NCBI RefSeq assembly: GCF_006345805.1
Contig: NW_021835162.1
Coordinates: 1 to 42,110, forward strand
DNA: 42,110 nt
Source: Octopus sinensis
Taxonomy: Eukaryota
Direction of reading: 5' to 3'
In this document: positions 12,165-24,215 of the stretch, piece after piece
Numbering within the stretch: position 1 is the stretch's first letter
Layout of the letters: every line of letters starts with the position of its first letter
Translations under genes and position numbers: made by a program
Notes under the pieces: generated by a model
What the model saw: only the letters and a program-made list of their open reading frames with translations
Databases searched by the model: none
What the model was told of the DNA's origin: nothing

Positions 12165-12660
12165 AATACATCCTTCCAACCTTTAGCAAAAAGTTATTTT
12201 TTTCATCTCCAAATATAAAAATTCTTCATCAATATTCGTTGGATCCTATATTTACCTTTTTAACTATTCTATCGAGAAAAGTTCCAGATCCCCAAAGCTT
12301 GAGGAGCAAATTTCGAATCTGAACGAATACCACAATTATCTCATTTACAAGTTTGTCGCTGTACCATATTCAGTACAACATGCCGTTGCCTATTCGAGCG
12401 ACACAGACTACTTTTTTGTTCCAGATTTGTGTGAGAATAATGGAAGCAACGGGCAAATTAATATGGACGAATATTACTTTTTCTTACTAGGGGCGAAATA
12501 AAAAAATAGTTTATTCACTTTTTCAGTCTACAAACCGCGAATAACAAATGGATAATCCATGTTATCATTGGCTCCCGGAATCATCGTGGGATCAGGTGAC
12601 GAAATTAGACAATCTTCACCATTTTAACCAGGTTGTGGTGTCGTCTTTTAATATATTAGG
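12165..12660 (+). pseudogene. Isolated fragment of an axonemal dynein heavy chain (DNAH2-like) with mini-introns
   Basis: Frameshifted translation QYSLD.YIYLFNYSIEKS..KLEEQI.NLNEYH, TCRCLFERHRLLF, GKLNMDEYYFFL.G and QMDNPC..WL matches the post-AAA5 region of DNAH2. It contains an in-frame TAA and a 23-nt intron; the rest of the gene is absent. Confidence 0.75.
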
Positions 12661-12739
12661 GAGTTAACATCGAGATTGTTACCCTTGACAGGAATACTGG
12701 ACTGGCCAGCAACAAAACATGATAAAGAAAGACAATTTA

Positions 12740-13405
12740 TTACAATTTAGAATAATTAGCAGAAATGAACCCAAAATTATCATATAGTCTAGAATGGTGT
12801 GAAAAGTGAGTTTCATAGTCGCTGTTAGGAACATGACAAACAAACTGAAGATAGCGAAAAGGATACATACAACCATCATCAAAGGCTACCAATACCCCAC
12901 ACCCAACAACCTGTCAATTCAAATTCCTCAGGCACAAAATCGTCCAAATTTGTGCGATTGGTCTTTGGTCTCAGCCAGGAAAGAGTGGCACAATACTCGC
13001 TGTTTGTGGGAACACAAATGCACTTTATTTGTGCATAATAAGTGACCCCTCCATCAACCACCGACACAATATCCCCGACTATGTATGTATTGCCCTTATT
13101 ATATGTATATTTATACAACTTTGTGAGTAGTCGAGAATAGCTTGTTAACAGTGCTGGAAAGGGGATGGAATGAATTGGGCTATAAATAATAAAATCGTAA
13201 AAACGTCATGTTTGTAGTCTTTTAGTGGTGGATTATTACTAGTATATATGTTTTGGTGGCAAATGTGGCAGAGTGTGTGTCCTTGAGTTCTGTTCCAAAA
13301 TTGTGCCTCTTGGACACCACATTGGTAACATTCTTGTGTAGAATCGAATTTACTCTAAAAATGATTGTTATTCCAATTTGTACACACAGAAAAAGTACTC
13401 GACAT
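12740..13405 (-). CDS. GATAD1: GATA zinc finger domain-containing protein 1
   Basis: CYQC-x16-CHIC finger, then GNTYIVGDIVSVVD..TYYAQI..LSWL and YLQFVCHVP (human: GVYYQIGDVVSVID..YYAQI..LTWL, YLEFVCHAP). 3-4 introns of 25-33 nt; the middle junctions are ambiguous. Confidence 0.85.
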
Positions 13406-13489
13406 TATAAGAATTTATTCAAATATTTTAAATTAATGTGAATATTTTTAATTAATCAATCTTTCTTTAATAATAACAAAACTCAATCA

Positions 13490-13625
13490 CAAAGTACGCC
13501 TCATTGGAGAACACCTGCCTTTTCGTTCCTCCGGCTTTCGAGAGGAGTGGGATAATAGGCCCAAAAGGCCTGAAGTTCCTTTCGGAGATTGGCTTGATGA
13601 TCTCAAGGAAGTGTCACGAGAGACG
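13490..13625 (+). mobile_element. CRE-clade LINE fragment
   Basis: KYASLENTCLFVPPAFERSGIIGPK (cf. KYGNISDSYEFVPLAFETSGIVG at ~33500-33590). Confidence 0.6.
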
Positions 13626-13638
13626 TTAGTCTAAATGA

Positions 13639-13975
13639 CCATTCAAATAGATCTCTGTCGAATGGTTAAAACTTGGGCAAGTAAATTTTCTTGTTTTTTG
13701 GTCATCCTGAAAAGTATTCCTTCAGAATTTTTAGAATTTTGTTTATGCAGCCCAAAAAACATTGAAATAAAGAGATAAATCACGCTGTGTGTAATGTCCA
13801 TTTTTGTAATTCAATTATTTCCTTCATTTGAAAAAATGACGCGTTTTCGTTTTTTAACCCTGCTAACAACTGTAGAGCGTGTATTTTATTGATTTTAAAG
13901 AATTTTCATATACGATGTAAAAATATTAAATTTAATATTTTTATGTTCACAAAAAGTTAATGTTCACTATTCCTC
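13639..13975 (-). mobile_element. pogo/Tigger-like 5' fragment, second copy of the family at 33844-36985
   Basis: 13639-13830 aligns directly with 36777-36980 (accattcaaatagatctctgtcgaatgg...gctgtgtgtaatgtc) and shares the tgttcactat motif. Confidence 0.75.
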
Positions 13976-14142
13976 AAAAGCAAAATGGAACTTACCAAAA
14001 GCAAACTGGTACAAAAATAATTTCTGTTTTTTTTAACAAAGTGACATTCAAAAGTGCAGTGATCAATTGGAAAAGTGACTAAGCAAAAACCTATATATTT
14101 TGATGTTTGGGTAAATATTTCATTTTTCATTTGTATGCTTGC

Positions 14143-14490
14143 AATAATAATAAATAAATCAATACAGCCGTTCCGCGAGATCGCAACTTAATGTGAAATC
14201 TCGCACTGGCCAGCCACATAAGATCAAGATAGAAAGAGAAAACATGTTATTAGGAACTAACTAATCCAAACGAACGAATCCAAACGAGCTGTCCCCCCGC
14301 ATCTATTTTTCTCTCGTGCTGTGGCTGATGTAGACATCCGGTTCCGCAGTGAAATCACTGATGACGGCGTCACTCGTCAATCCAGGGTGCATGTAGTATG
14401 CATGGAACCTTCGGCCGGAATGATAGCAGTGAGATTCGAACCCAGAGCTTCGCGAAACTGCCAAATTCTTCAAGCACTGCACCACCCGGC
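14143..14490 (-). mobile_element. tRNA-derived SINE-like element (~350 bp)
   Basis: Minus-strand head GCCGGGTGGTGCAGTG (A box) ... GGGTTCGAATCTC (B box), GC-rich body, (ATT)n tail, flanked on both sides by gcttgca (possible TSD). Confidence 0.7.
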
Positions 14491-14619
14491 TTGCACGAAT
14501 GCTTGCACGAATAAAAAATTCTGAGGCTGCAATTAAGAAAAATATTATTATCGGGGCCCATGAAAGATATGGTGAATGAAGGAAACTTGGTCTCTTGGAT
14601 TGTTACATTATGAATTGAA

Positions 14620-14860
14620 ACGTGGATCCTTTAATAAAGAATCTGCTCATTAATGGTTGAGAATTTGTCTACGGAAACCCAGGCAAGCTTAAAATTTCTT
14701 AGTAGTGGTAGTAGACAATGCTTTATGCTATTCAGGAATGAAAGAAATTATCACAGAAAAGGAATTCATAGAAAATAAAATTTTAAGATTGGTTCCTAAT
14801 GCTCAACACAATTGAGAATATTTAGTCAGTATTCAAAACTGACATAAAAAGACACATCGC
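14620..14860 (+). mobile_element. Tc1/IS630-like DDE transposase fragment
   Basis: VVVDNA..S and ILRL.P..MLNTIENI (cf. DNAPCH..LP.YSP.LNPIE); degenerate. Confidence 0.55.
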
Positions 14861-15549
14861 AAAGACATAAAAATATTTTGAATGGTGTAGAAACTTTTCC
14901 ATCAACTGAGTTTCTACTTGAAAGAAACTAGGATTAAACTAGTATAATCACTCCATCTTTATGCAACACCGTAATTGCTAGAATTCAGAGGTTAGCCCCA
15001 TCGGTTTTAAATAATAATGACATGGTTAATTAAATAATTTTATTGTTCCACTTTGCTTTTAAGAAGTTCACTTTAAACCTGAAATGGTGTAGAATAAGTA
15101 CCAGACTTGAAAAAATTAATTAAATAAATAAACCAAATGTTTCTGGATTGTTCTAGAACTTTGTCTACTTCCGAATTTTTGGCAACAGTATTTGATCCAG
15201 GTAATTACACGAGGTTTATTCTTGAGCATTTTGAAAAATACAAAAATTGAGAAAGTTTTGTTGTCGTTAAAGATAAGTATAAAAATTGAATTTTTATTTC
15301 ACAAGTCTATAAATATTGTTTAAGGATGTCCAAAGTCAACAAATAATCAAATATTGGAGTATATCAGCCTATCTCTATTCGCCTGACCAGATTTGAGTCA
15401 CTGAGAAGGTCTCCTCAACACCCTTTATTCCGCTACAATTTTTTAACAAAATTTAAAAATAATTTTTTTAGATTTAAACAAAGTTTTTGTATAAATTAAA
15501 TAAATAGATTAACGTTTTTTTAACGTGCGATTTTTATTCTATTTTGCCT

Positions 15550-16442
15550 ATGGGAAAGACAGATGCTAAATATGCTGCTATAAAGAAAAAGAAAACGTAG
15601 TTTTAATCAACAATATAAATAGTATTGACCCCTTTTTGAGGAAGGAATGGTACAACGTGAGTGCTCCTCCCTATTTTGAGAACACAAAAATCGGAAAAAC
15701 TGTCGTAACAAAAACCACTGGAGAAAGTACCCGAGTCTTTGAAATTATTAGAACTCGCATCTGACAACTTGAAAGGGCGTTCATACAAAGTGTCTTTGGC
15801 AGATCTGGATAAAAGCGAGAATTTGTGCTACAAAATATTCCGTTTTGTGTGCGATTCCGTCGAAGGGAAGAACTGCTACACCTCCTTTGCCGGAATGGAC
15901 ACAACCCAAGACAAAAAACAAAGCATTGTCAAAAAATGGCACGTTGGCTTTATTTTGTGGACCTCCATTTAGACTTTGGTGGATGCCCACGCCTCCGCGA
16001 GCACAACCGACGGATATAAACTGCATTGCTTTATGGTGGGTTCTACGGGGAGGAACAAGAACCAGATCAAAAAGACCAGTTATTGTCAGAGGAGGCAAGT
16101 GAAGCGAATAAGGAAGGTGATGGTGGACACGATGACCAGAGGAATTGCGTCCTCCGACTTGGCTTCGTTTATCAAAATAATGTAATCATTCGGTTTTGAT
16201 TTTTAGTAAAGCAGAGGCGATGGCTAAGGATGTGATTAAACGGACAGAGAGGATCTATCCTTTGGGCAAGTTCTGTTGACTAAAGTCAAGGTTTTAAAGC
16301 GACCTAAATATGACAGTTTTTGTTTTGGTGAGTTGTAGAGTCTCAACTTGAACAACTGTATTCGACTGGTGCTGATGTTCAGCCTACGGTTGTGGATAGG
16401 CCTGTTGAGCACGTAGAACCTCCGATTCTTGATAAGGTTTAA
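15550..16442 (+). CDS. RPS3A: 40S ribosomal protein eS1 (S3a), 6 exons; one apparent 1-nt deletion at ~16264
   Basis: IDPFLRKEWY, LKGR..VSLADL, T.F.GMD.T.DK..S.VKKWHTLVDAH, IYPL..KVKVLKRPK and EPP. Introns at 15597-15622, 15727-15751, 15943-15972, 16182-16206 and 16316-16338. Spliced length 764 nt, one base short of a full frame. Confidence 0.95.
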
Positions 16443-17029
16443 ATATTGTGAACTTTTTTATTTCTTAATAACGTTTTTTCCTTTTGTTTTTGCCTTAAAA
16501 TTTTTAAAAATGACATTTTTTGGCTAAAATATTCGATTTTTAATTTAATAAAATCTATTTAACTTTTGGTAACAATCCATTTTTTATTTTGCTTTGGACA
16601 CATTAGCTACTTAGACTATCATGTCCGAAATTATTGTTTCATATCGAATTCTACAAAAAGTATCAAATCTTTAAAACTATTTATTGTCAAAGGAAGCAAA
16701 CAAAAATGTGGTGGACTAAATACCTCTGTTTATTGCCATTCTTCAATAGAATCATTTGTTTTAAGACCAGCAATGTTTGCTGCATCAAAACAATTCTTTG
16801 ATTGGCGGAAAGAATCTTCAATCCATGTAAAAGTCATTATCTTAAGACGAAAGGACTATGTGATTGAGACTTATTCGAAAGAATTTTTGTTTTTAAAGTT
16901 TAAAAAGTTTATTTTAATTAAGATTACCGTTTTGTTATCTCTAATTTATTGACTATTAAAAATTAATGTTGTCGTTTGTTGTTTTTTTTCGAAGTAACAA
17001 CATTACTTTTAACGAAACAAATACTAAAA

Positions 17030-18430
17030 TCATTGTTCCAACAAATATCCCGACAAATATTCCAACAAATATTTCAACTTGAATAAACTAATATTTTTTA
17101 AAATTTTACATACCCTCATCTTGTCTTTTTTATTGTTAGGATCTATAAATTTATCATGATTTTCTTTTTCGCATATTCCAAAATTTAAAGAATTAATTTT
17201 CGGACTCCACGTTCCATCACACGAAGATATTCTTGAAAAAGCTACTAAAACCTTGCTTAGAGGTGCGTCAGAATTATTCTTAAAATTAGAATACCACAAA
17301 AATGCCATGTTTTTAAAAGTCTTCACCGATTCATATCTATAAAAAGTATAAAAACACATCTACATTCCAATTAGCGAATCATGGACGATAGTCTCTAAAT
17401 TAATTAGTAGATGAAATCTTACTTGAAATAAATTCATTTTCTAATGTAGAATCTATACTGATCGGATACGCATCAAACTCGGCGCATATATACTTATAAT
17501 CATAAAACCAGAAATATTTGTTTATTAGAATATATTCATGCTCCTCAAATTGAAATTTATTTGTTGTTCCTTTTAAATTATGATGAATAAGTTTTTTAGG
17601 CTTGTCTATTTCAGAAAGTTGATAAGTTTCGACATTATTAGAAATGTTATCTAAGTTTAATCAATAAATTGACCTATTTCACAAACAATGTTTCCATAAG
17701 AAAATAATGTAAATTTACGAAAGATGAACCATTTTTGCGTACAGTGATCAAGTTTTATTGCATTGTATATATCTTCACTATTGACGTCACTAAGCATCCA
17801 GTTTGTATAAGTCTCTATATAACCAATAAAAAATTAACTAAAGATTCATAATTAGCTATATTCACCAACGTAGAATCGTTAGATCTTCTTTGTATTCCAA
17901 GTACAATATTTTCACCACTTGCCCCTTATTTATCTTTATTTAAAAAAACCAGCAAGAAATTGGTTTTCTTCTTCTGAATCTACAATTACTGGATAAGCAG
18001 CATATTTTCTGCATTCTGCAGAATAAGATGAACCGGCCCGTGCATAAAGGAAAATATAAGTATGATTATTAAAATTAAGTTTTTTCCCTATATTTATATT
18101 CAAAAAATACATTCTTGAAAACAAAAAACCGAAGAAATAAGTATGTAATAATTTAACAGCATCACAGTGTGATTATAGCAACAAATCTTTTTTCTGAATA
18201 TATAGTCCGATGTTTTTGAGGTCAAATATTTAAATTCACGTCAAATTCTTCGAATATTAACAAAATTCGAAGAACCACCACCAGAAATCAATGAATATCA
18301 CCAAGAAAAACGTAAGATTTCGCTAGGAACATCACCCCTGTTCCGAACATAATTAAACAGAAAAAAACAGAAAGAAGCCTCCGTAAAACTCCATTCGTTC
18401 TCTCGTATTCAGAGAAATCATCCCATACAT
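17030..18430 (-). CDS. Putative multi-exon gene of unknown function downstream of BTBD10
   Basis: ATG at ~18430 followed by a hydrophobic stretch (FYGGFFLFF..IMFGTGVMFL), several minus-strand open segments (18124-17936, 17359-17030) and candidate mini-introns. No recognised homology. Confidence 0.3.
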
Positions 18431-18591
18431 AAAACCACTCATTGGGACTTCTTACAACCAATACTCAATATGGAAAGAAATACTCAAATCTATCCTCCAT
18501 TAGCCTTAAATTTTCATAACACATTTTTTTACTAGTTAAAATTAAGTACATATGAATAAAATAAACCCCCAAAACATAAATACATATAAAG

Positions 18592-19685
18592 TCAAACATC
18601 CTGATCGTCGAGTGACTCCCTACTACTGGGACCAGAAGTTCTCCTGTACTCAAGCAGATCAGTCTCGTCAACAAAAATAATATTTTCATACTCCCGAGGC
18701 ACTCTTATCGCACTAGGAGGATCTGCATTGGCCTCGTTCAGACTGACCACCGACCGAGACCTGACATACTGAAACTCCACATGCCGAGTACTGCTGTCGT
18801 TTCTCTCCCACGAAACGTGAATAAACGGTCTTTGCACATAATTATAAAACACTGCCACGATATGACAACGTTCTTACCCTCTGTCCGCCTGCTGGGGTAT
18901 GTCCTCACCCGATCACGTGTTGTGGGGTGGTCTTCGTGAACTATTTTGACTTTCTTAAAACCCCGCATTTCAAGGACTTGTTTGGCCATTATTCGGTTAT
19001 CTGCATATTTGAAAAATTTAGACATTTCTGTGTCGTGGATCACTTTTTGTTAATATAAAAGGATAAACCTTCCACTGGGTGATTAAATGGCCTCTCTCCT
19101 TCATCCAACTCGACATAATCCGAGTCCCGCATAATGGCTATATGACTCTCTCTTTCTCCCCTTAATTTTACTACCTCAATTTGAACCTTGCAGAGCAGTC
19201 TAGTAGTACTTTTAGTAATTGTGTATTCAAAAAGGCATCAAACCGTCCACGAGCCCCAATATTCGAAAATTCATGCAAAAGATCGCCTAAAAATCTATTT
19301 TATCTGCCAAACCCAAATTGTCACATCTAATCGTGGAACTATCAAATGGAATCATCAGGTAATCACACGCCTCTTTAATGTCCAAGAGAGAAAGAGCAGT
19401 TGGGCAGTAAATTGTGTCGTGGAAGTAAAAACCCTATGATTTAGTGGTCCTGTCTACCAGAGTGATTTCAAATATATCCGCAGGAATTCCAAAGCTAGCT
19501 CATACTCGCCATTCTCGTTTTTTACAATGTTATTTAGTTCTTGCTCATTGTTGAACATTCTAAGGTTTCTTTAGGAGTAGTTACCTTCCAAGCATAGAAT
19601 TGGGGTGACGTGTGAGGGCTGTGAGAGGGACGTCAAAACGACGGTGGTCGATTAGAAGTTTTACTACTTCTGAATTCGCAGACAT
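18592..19685 (-). CDS. BTBD10: BTB/POZ domain protein of the BTBD10/KCTD20 family, at least 7 exons; one apparent 1-nt deletion at ~19492
   Basis: PNSMLGRMF, NENGEYE, KEACDYL.I.F, LLHEFSN.GAR, GERE.HI, FFKY.DNR..AKQVL..RG.KK and FYNYVQRPFI..SWE...RHVEFQ.VRS. Six GT-AG introns of 24-26 nt. Confidence 0.9.
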
Positions 19686-20129
19686 TGTTGTTAAGAACAA
19701 ATGCTAAAACACCACATGAACAAATGGACTAATATTTTATTAATAAAAAAATATTTTTTGATTTTATTTATAATTAAATATAAAATTAATTGATCTTAAG
19801 AAACTGAAGTTATTGAGTCTAGTTTTTCGATTATATAAAGTAAAGTTAATATTCACATATTTATTAAGTCAAGTTTACCCATATTTAGACGATTCTGGTC
19901 ATTGGTGATTCTATTTTTGTAATAATTTAGATTTAAAAGTTTACACAATTACCATAATTTTGATGAATTCACTGTACTGCTGTTTGCTTTGGACAATGTC
20001 TACGATTCACAGTCATAGAGGAAGATTAGGAACATAATGTGCGTTAACAAGTCTTATCTTTGTTCTGAGACAGACATCCTTGCTATTCCAGATTCGATTC
20101 AGTTTTATCATCATACTTTTGCATATGGC

Positions 20130-20386
20130 CATTCGTTTTCGAGGTTAGATTCGATTCACAATTGGTTTTCGAGACACAACAGTTATCAGACTACCCAGAA
20201 AGATGCTGTTTTCAGCACATTCTATTTCATCGTTATTGACGATAACTCTCATTTTCGAGATATTTGTTTCTTCAAAACAGAAGAAAAAATGTAAGCTATA
20301 TGGTCCATCGTGAGACTTTTGTTCTCTTCCATGTACGCAATAATGCGACGTTTTTCATTAAAAAACAATCTTGTGCACTTACGCAT
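20130..20386 (-). mobile_element. pogo/CENP-B-like N-terminal HTH fragment
   Basis: MRKCTRLFFNEKRRIIAYMEENKSLTMDHIA..F resembles the psq/CENP-B-N HTH; broken downstream. Confidence 0.4.
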
Positions 20387-20433
20387 GTTGAATTTAGCGT
20401 GGTTGAAATATTTTATATAAAAAATAAGTTAAG

Positions 20434-20890
20434 TTAAGCCATATTCAGCCGATTCCGGCCATTGGCGATTCTGTAAGACAAGTCCCTCCACGAAACTCTA
20501 TCCCCCACCAGCTCTGCTATTTCCGACAAATGATGTCCGGTAAGTTTCACCTGCTTCCTTTTTCCAGCGAACGAAGACAGCAGGATTTCTTTTCCTATAC
20601 CATTCTCCCGAAGCACGTGCCCCAAATATGATAATTGTTGCTTCCAAACTTTCGCCACAAGCGACAACATAGGTTTAATCCTTTCGAGAACAACGACATT
20701 TGACACTTTGTCGTACCAATTTATGTTCAAAAGTTGCGCCAGCACCATAATTCCAGTGAGTTACTCTTTTGCTGTGAGCTTTGGACAGTGTCCAAGATTC
20801 ACAGCCATAGAGAAACACGGGAAACACAATCGCGTTGACGTTTCTTCTTGTTGCCTTGCAAATTCTTCTGACAAATCCTTCACGGATCCT
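20434..20890 (-). mobile_element. RTE-clade (BovB-like) LINE, RT C-terminal fragment
   Basis: NAIVFPVFLYGCESWTL, LNINWYDKVSN..VL and QLSYLGHVLR. Confidence 0.85.
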
Positions 20891-20929
20891 TCCGCCCAAA
20901 TTGTCAATAACGTTAACCCTTTTCCTACT

Positions 20930-21105
20930 AATGTGCGCATTGCGGATTCTCACAAAATTGCAACGTGGAATGTAAGAAAACTTAGTACCGGGAAATTGGA
21001 CATTGTAAAATCTGAAATGCGTCGTTTAAATATTTCCTTAGTTGGCATAAGTTAAGTCCACTGGAAGAACAATGGTTGTTTTCAGTCTGATGATTTCGTG
21101 ATCTA
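20930..21105 (+). mobile_element. RTE-clade LINE, apurinic endonuclease N-terminal fragment (opposite orientation to the preceding piece)
   Basis: KIATWNVRKL.TGKLDIVKSEMRRLNISLVGIS*VHW (cf. IGTWNVR...GKL..VK.EM.R...ILGISE..W). Confidence 0.8.
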
Positions 21106-21109
21106 TAGT

Positions 21110-21215
21110 GCATCCCAGAAAGATAAATAATCCTATTATTATAAAGAATGATCCTAATATTATAAATACAAATCCCAAAAAGATAAATAACGATCCCAAT
21201 ATTATAAATAAAAAT
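21110..21215. repeat. Degenerate ~20-21-nt tandem repeat (ATCC(C/T)AA..ATAAATA), about 5 units
   Basis: Units atcccagaaagataaata / atcctattattataaaga / atcctaatattataaata / atcccaaaaagataaata / atcccaatattataaata. Probably subterminal repeats of the host element encoding ORF 22712. Confidence 0.7.
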
Positions 21216-21243
21216 TACAAAGTGCGTAAAGTAAAGATAAATA

Positions 21244-22705
21244 CACTAAGTGCAAAAAAAACCGTTTTTTTAAATACGGCATATTTTGCAAAGATAACCG
21301 TGATTTTTCTTTGTCGATATCGAAAGGGATCGTTAAATTAACCCTAAATCAATTTTGTTATATTTTTTTTGTATTGTGTTATATGTCTAAATTAAAAATT
21401 TTAATTACACGAGCGCAATAAAAAACCGTTTATTCGGGTGAGTGTGACATTTTTTACTTTTTTTAGAATTTTAACCCTCGATAAAATTACGAATGCTTGA
21501 TGTAATAACAAAAGGAAAGATTCTAAGCTTGAATGCGTTAAATTGGACCACTAAAAAAATATCTGAAGAGCTTAATATCCCGCGATCAACTATCGCTGAC
21601 TTCATCCAAAAATTCATTAAATATGGTACGACTGAAAGAATGAAAGGTTCGGGGAGACCAAAAATTCTTAATAAGGACGATATCCTTATTTTACTCAACC
21701 TGATTAAAGAGGACCCCCAAAAAAAAGCTGATTGCTTAAGGAATGATCTCCGTAAAATAACCGGAAGAACAGTCGGTAAAAGATCCATCGCAAATTATTT
21801 AAGAAGGGAGCAAATATATGCTCGTGTATGTAGAAAAAAACCATTATTGAACAAAATAAATAGTGAAAAACGCTATAACATGGCAAAGCATTTCATTACT
21901 GTGGCAAACACTGAATGGATGAGGACAATTTTCAGTGACGAATGCAGTTTCGAAGTTTTTAATATTAAAAAACGGCAATATTGTTATCGGAAAAACAATA
22001 CAGACCTTCAAAAAAGCAACCTTTCGCCTACTGTAAAATTTGGTGGGGGGAAAGTTATGGTCTGGGGCTGTTTTTCCTATTACGGAATGGGCTCGCTTGC
22101 TTTTATACACGGGAATATGAATTCCGCACTTTATATCAACACACTATGTAACCATTTATGGGAATCTGCAAAAAATGGAGCTTAGTGACTTTATTTTCCA
22201 ACAAGACATGGCACCATGTCATACTTCCAAGATGACTATGCGATTTTTCAAGAAAAGAAAGTAAACCTTTTACCATGGGCACCTCAATCACCGGATTTAA
22301 ATCCGATCGAACATATATGGGCTCATATGAAGAGGGAATTAAACACCTTTCATCCAAAGAATGTTTCGGAATTGAAAGAAAAAATCGAAAATATTTGGAA
22401 TGAAATACCGATTAGTTTTATAAAAAAATTAATCGAAAGCATGCCGAATAGAGCACAAAAGCTTTTTAAGGCAAAAGGGGACCATATTGAATACTAACTT
22501 TAAATAATCAAAAATAAAACGGTTTTTTATTGCGCTTGATTTTTTGTTAGTTATAATTTGTTAAGTAAAAATGATTACAAGTTCAAATATAAAAATAAAA
22601 CTAGTGTTAAAAAATGATAAATTATTCAATTCTTTAATAAAAACAATATAGTTGCATAGTAAATTTTTGATATTTCGAAAAAAACGGTTTTTTTTGCACC
22701 TAGTG
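21244..22705 (+). mobile_element. Full-length Tc1 (DD34E) transposon with IR/DR-type ends
   Basis: TA|cactaagtgcaaaaaaaaccgttttttt ... aaaaaaacggttttttttgcacctagtg|TA. Inner repeats gcgcaataaaaaaccgttt (~21413) and aaacggttttttattgcgc (~22517). Confidence 0.92.
21493..22497 (+). CDS. Tc1 transposase, broken only by two 1-nt deletions in homopolymers
   Basis: Paired-like HTH, GSGRPK, FSDEC, VMVWGC and FQQDMAPCH...SPDLNPIE, with 34 residues between the second D and E after restoring bases at ~22172 and ~22246. Confidence 0.85.
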
Positions 22706-22711
22706 TAACAT

Positions 22712-23221
22712 ATGGAAGACAATGTTTGCAACCGAAAAATACGAATGACAGTCACATTTGATTTATTTAATCAAATTCTAAGATTACGAAACAATATTCC
22801 TGTTAAAGAAATTTCCAAAATAGTTGATATATCACCTTCTGCAATTTACAAAATTTGTAAAATTTCGGATGAAAATGAAAATGTTGATTTCTATGCTTAT
22901 GTACGGTCTAAAGGCCCTAAGAAAAAAGATAACCGTAAAATAATTGAAAAAATTACAAATATTATTAATGAGGATAATTCTTTGACACAATTAGGTGTTA
23001 GAGAAAAGCTTTTTACAAATCAAAACAACAGTATATCCATAAGCAGATCAAAAATCAATAGATTGTTTAAAGAATCAGATTTAACTAGAAAACGTTTGAA
23101 GAAACGTTCAAAAGTTATTCTCACACAAATTCATTTAGATTCTATTAAATATTACGCAACAAAGTTATCAACATTCTTTAATAAAAGAATTATTTTTTTG
23201 GATGAAAGTGGATTCAACTTA
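22712..23221 (+). mobile_element. IS630/Tc1-like transposase N-terminal half, truncated after the first catalytic Asp
   Basis: HTH (VKEISKIVDISPSAIYK), DNSLTQ..REKL, LTRKRL and IIFLDESGFNL, then an abrupt junction to another Tc1 fragment. Confidence 0.75.
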
Positions 23222-23787
23222 ACTGGGGATTTGAAGAATGGAGTAATGTAATTTTTTCAGATGAATGTCGAATTATTTTATTTCCAAATGTTCGAAGACT
23301 AGAAAAAATAAAGTGAAATGAAAAATTTCATCAGAAACTGTAAAGTTTCTCCGAATATCTTGGTATGGGGTGCTATCACTGCAACTGGAAAAGAGAGCAT
23401 TGGTTTTGAGTAGGAAAAATGTTAATTCCAATGAATACCAAAGAATTCTCGAAGAAGGATTAGAAATATAGATTTTCAAAATATGATGTTCCAGCAAGAT
23501 GGGGCCCCATGCCACAAATCGAGATCAACCATTCAATATCTTGATCAGAAGAAAGTTAAATTACTTGAAAAGTGCCCGAGTCAGTCACCGAATTTAAACA
23601 TTATTGAAAACCTCAAATTTACTGACTGCTAAAAATTCAATATTGTAAAATTTTATGAAAAAAGAAAAGTACAAAAGTTATTTATTCATTTAATATTAAA
23701 ATTTGTCTAAGAAAGTCAAGCCGTAGCTGCCAAATATATATAGAATTGAAAAATAATTGGACGGTGCGGAACATTTGCACGGTACTG
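23222..23787 (+). mobile_element. Second Tc1-family fragment with right TIR
   Basis: EWSNVIFSDEC, ILVWGAI, FQQDGAPCH and PSQSPNLNIIEN; ends ..catttgcacggtactg|TA. Confidence 0.8.
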
Positions 23788-24035
23788 TATAATATTGGGA
23801 AAGGACTGTCTCAAGATTAAAAAATAAATTGGAAAAGGATTTTCAAAAGCAGAAACGTGCTCTGATGAACACTCGTTTAAGAACTTTGAATCAGATCTTT
23901 CTATTCGAATTGATCGAGGCAGTCAATTTGGGCCATGAATGCCTTGAAATTGCTGCAGCTAAAAGTTCAAGTACAGGATGATCGAAATTACTATTCAATT
24001 TAGAAATAGGGAGGAAGAATCTCACAGAATACAAA

Positions 24036-24215
24036 TGACCGGAGGGAGACGAGCTGGCTTTTCCAGCGCATCTCGGTTGCAATTCTTCGCGGGAACTGCC
24101 TCTCTATCCGCAGTGCTTCGTCGTCGGACTAACCCTCAAGTTCACGACATTAATTCTCTATTAATTAATTTGACTGTATTTAGAAAATTATTAAACACTA
24201 AAAAAAAAAAAAAAT
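24036..24215 (+). mobile_element. 5'-truncated CRE-clade LINE end with 3' UTR and poly(A)
   Basis: DRRETSWLFQRISVAILRGNCLSIRS* followed by an A-run at ~24200-24214. Confidence 0.8.

Noticed and set aside
14420-14490. Functional tRNA gene
   Set aside because: A and B boxes are present, but I could not fold a clean cloverleaf, and the sequence continues into a body and (ATT)n tail like a SINE.
15500-15530. ACGT/CACGTG motifs near gene starts as a promoter element
   Set aside because: Too short and inconsistently positioned to support without an enrichment test.
21110-21215. Spaced repeats as a CRISPR-like array
   Set aside because: Units are directly adjacent and degenerate, with no unique spacers; eukaryotic TE context.
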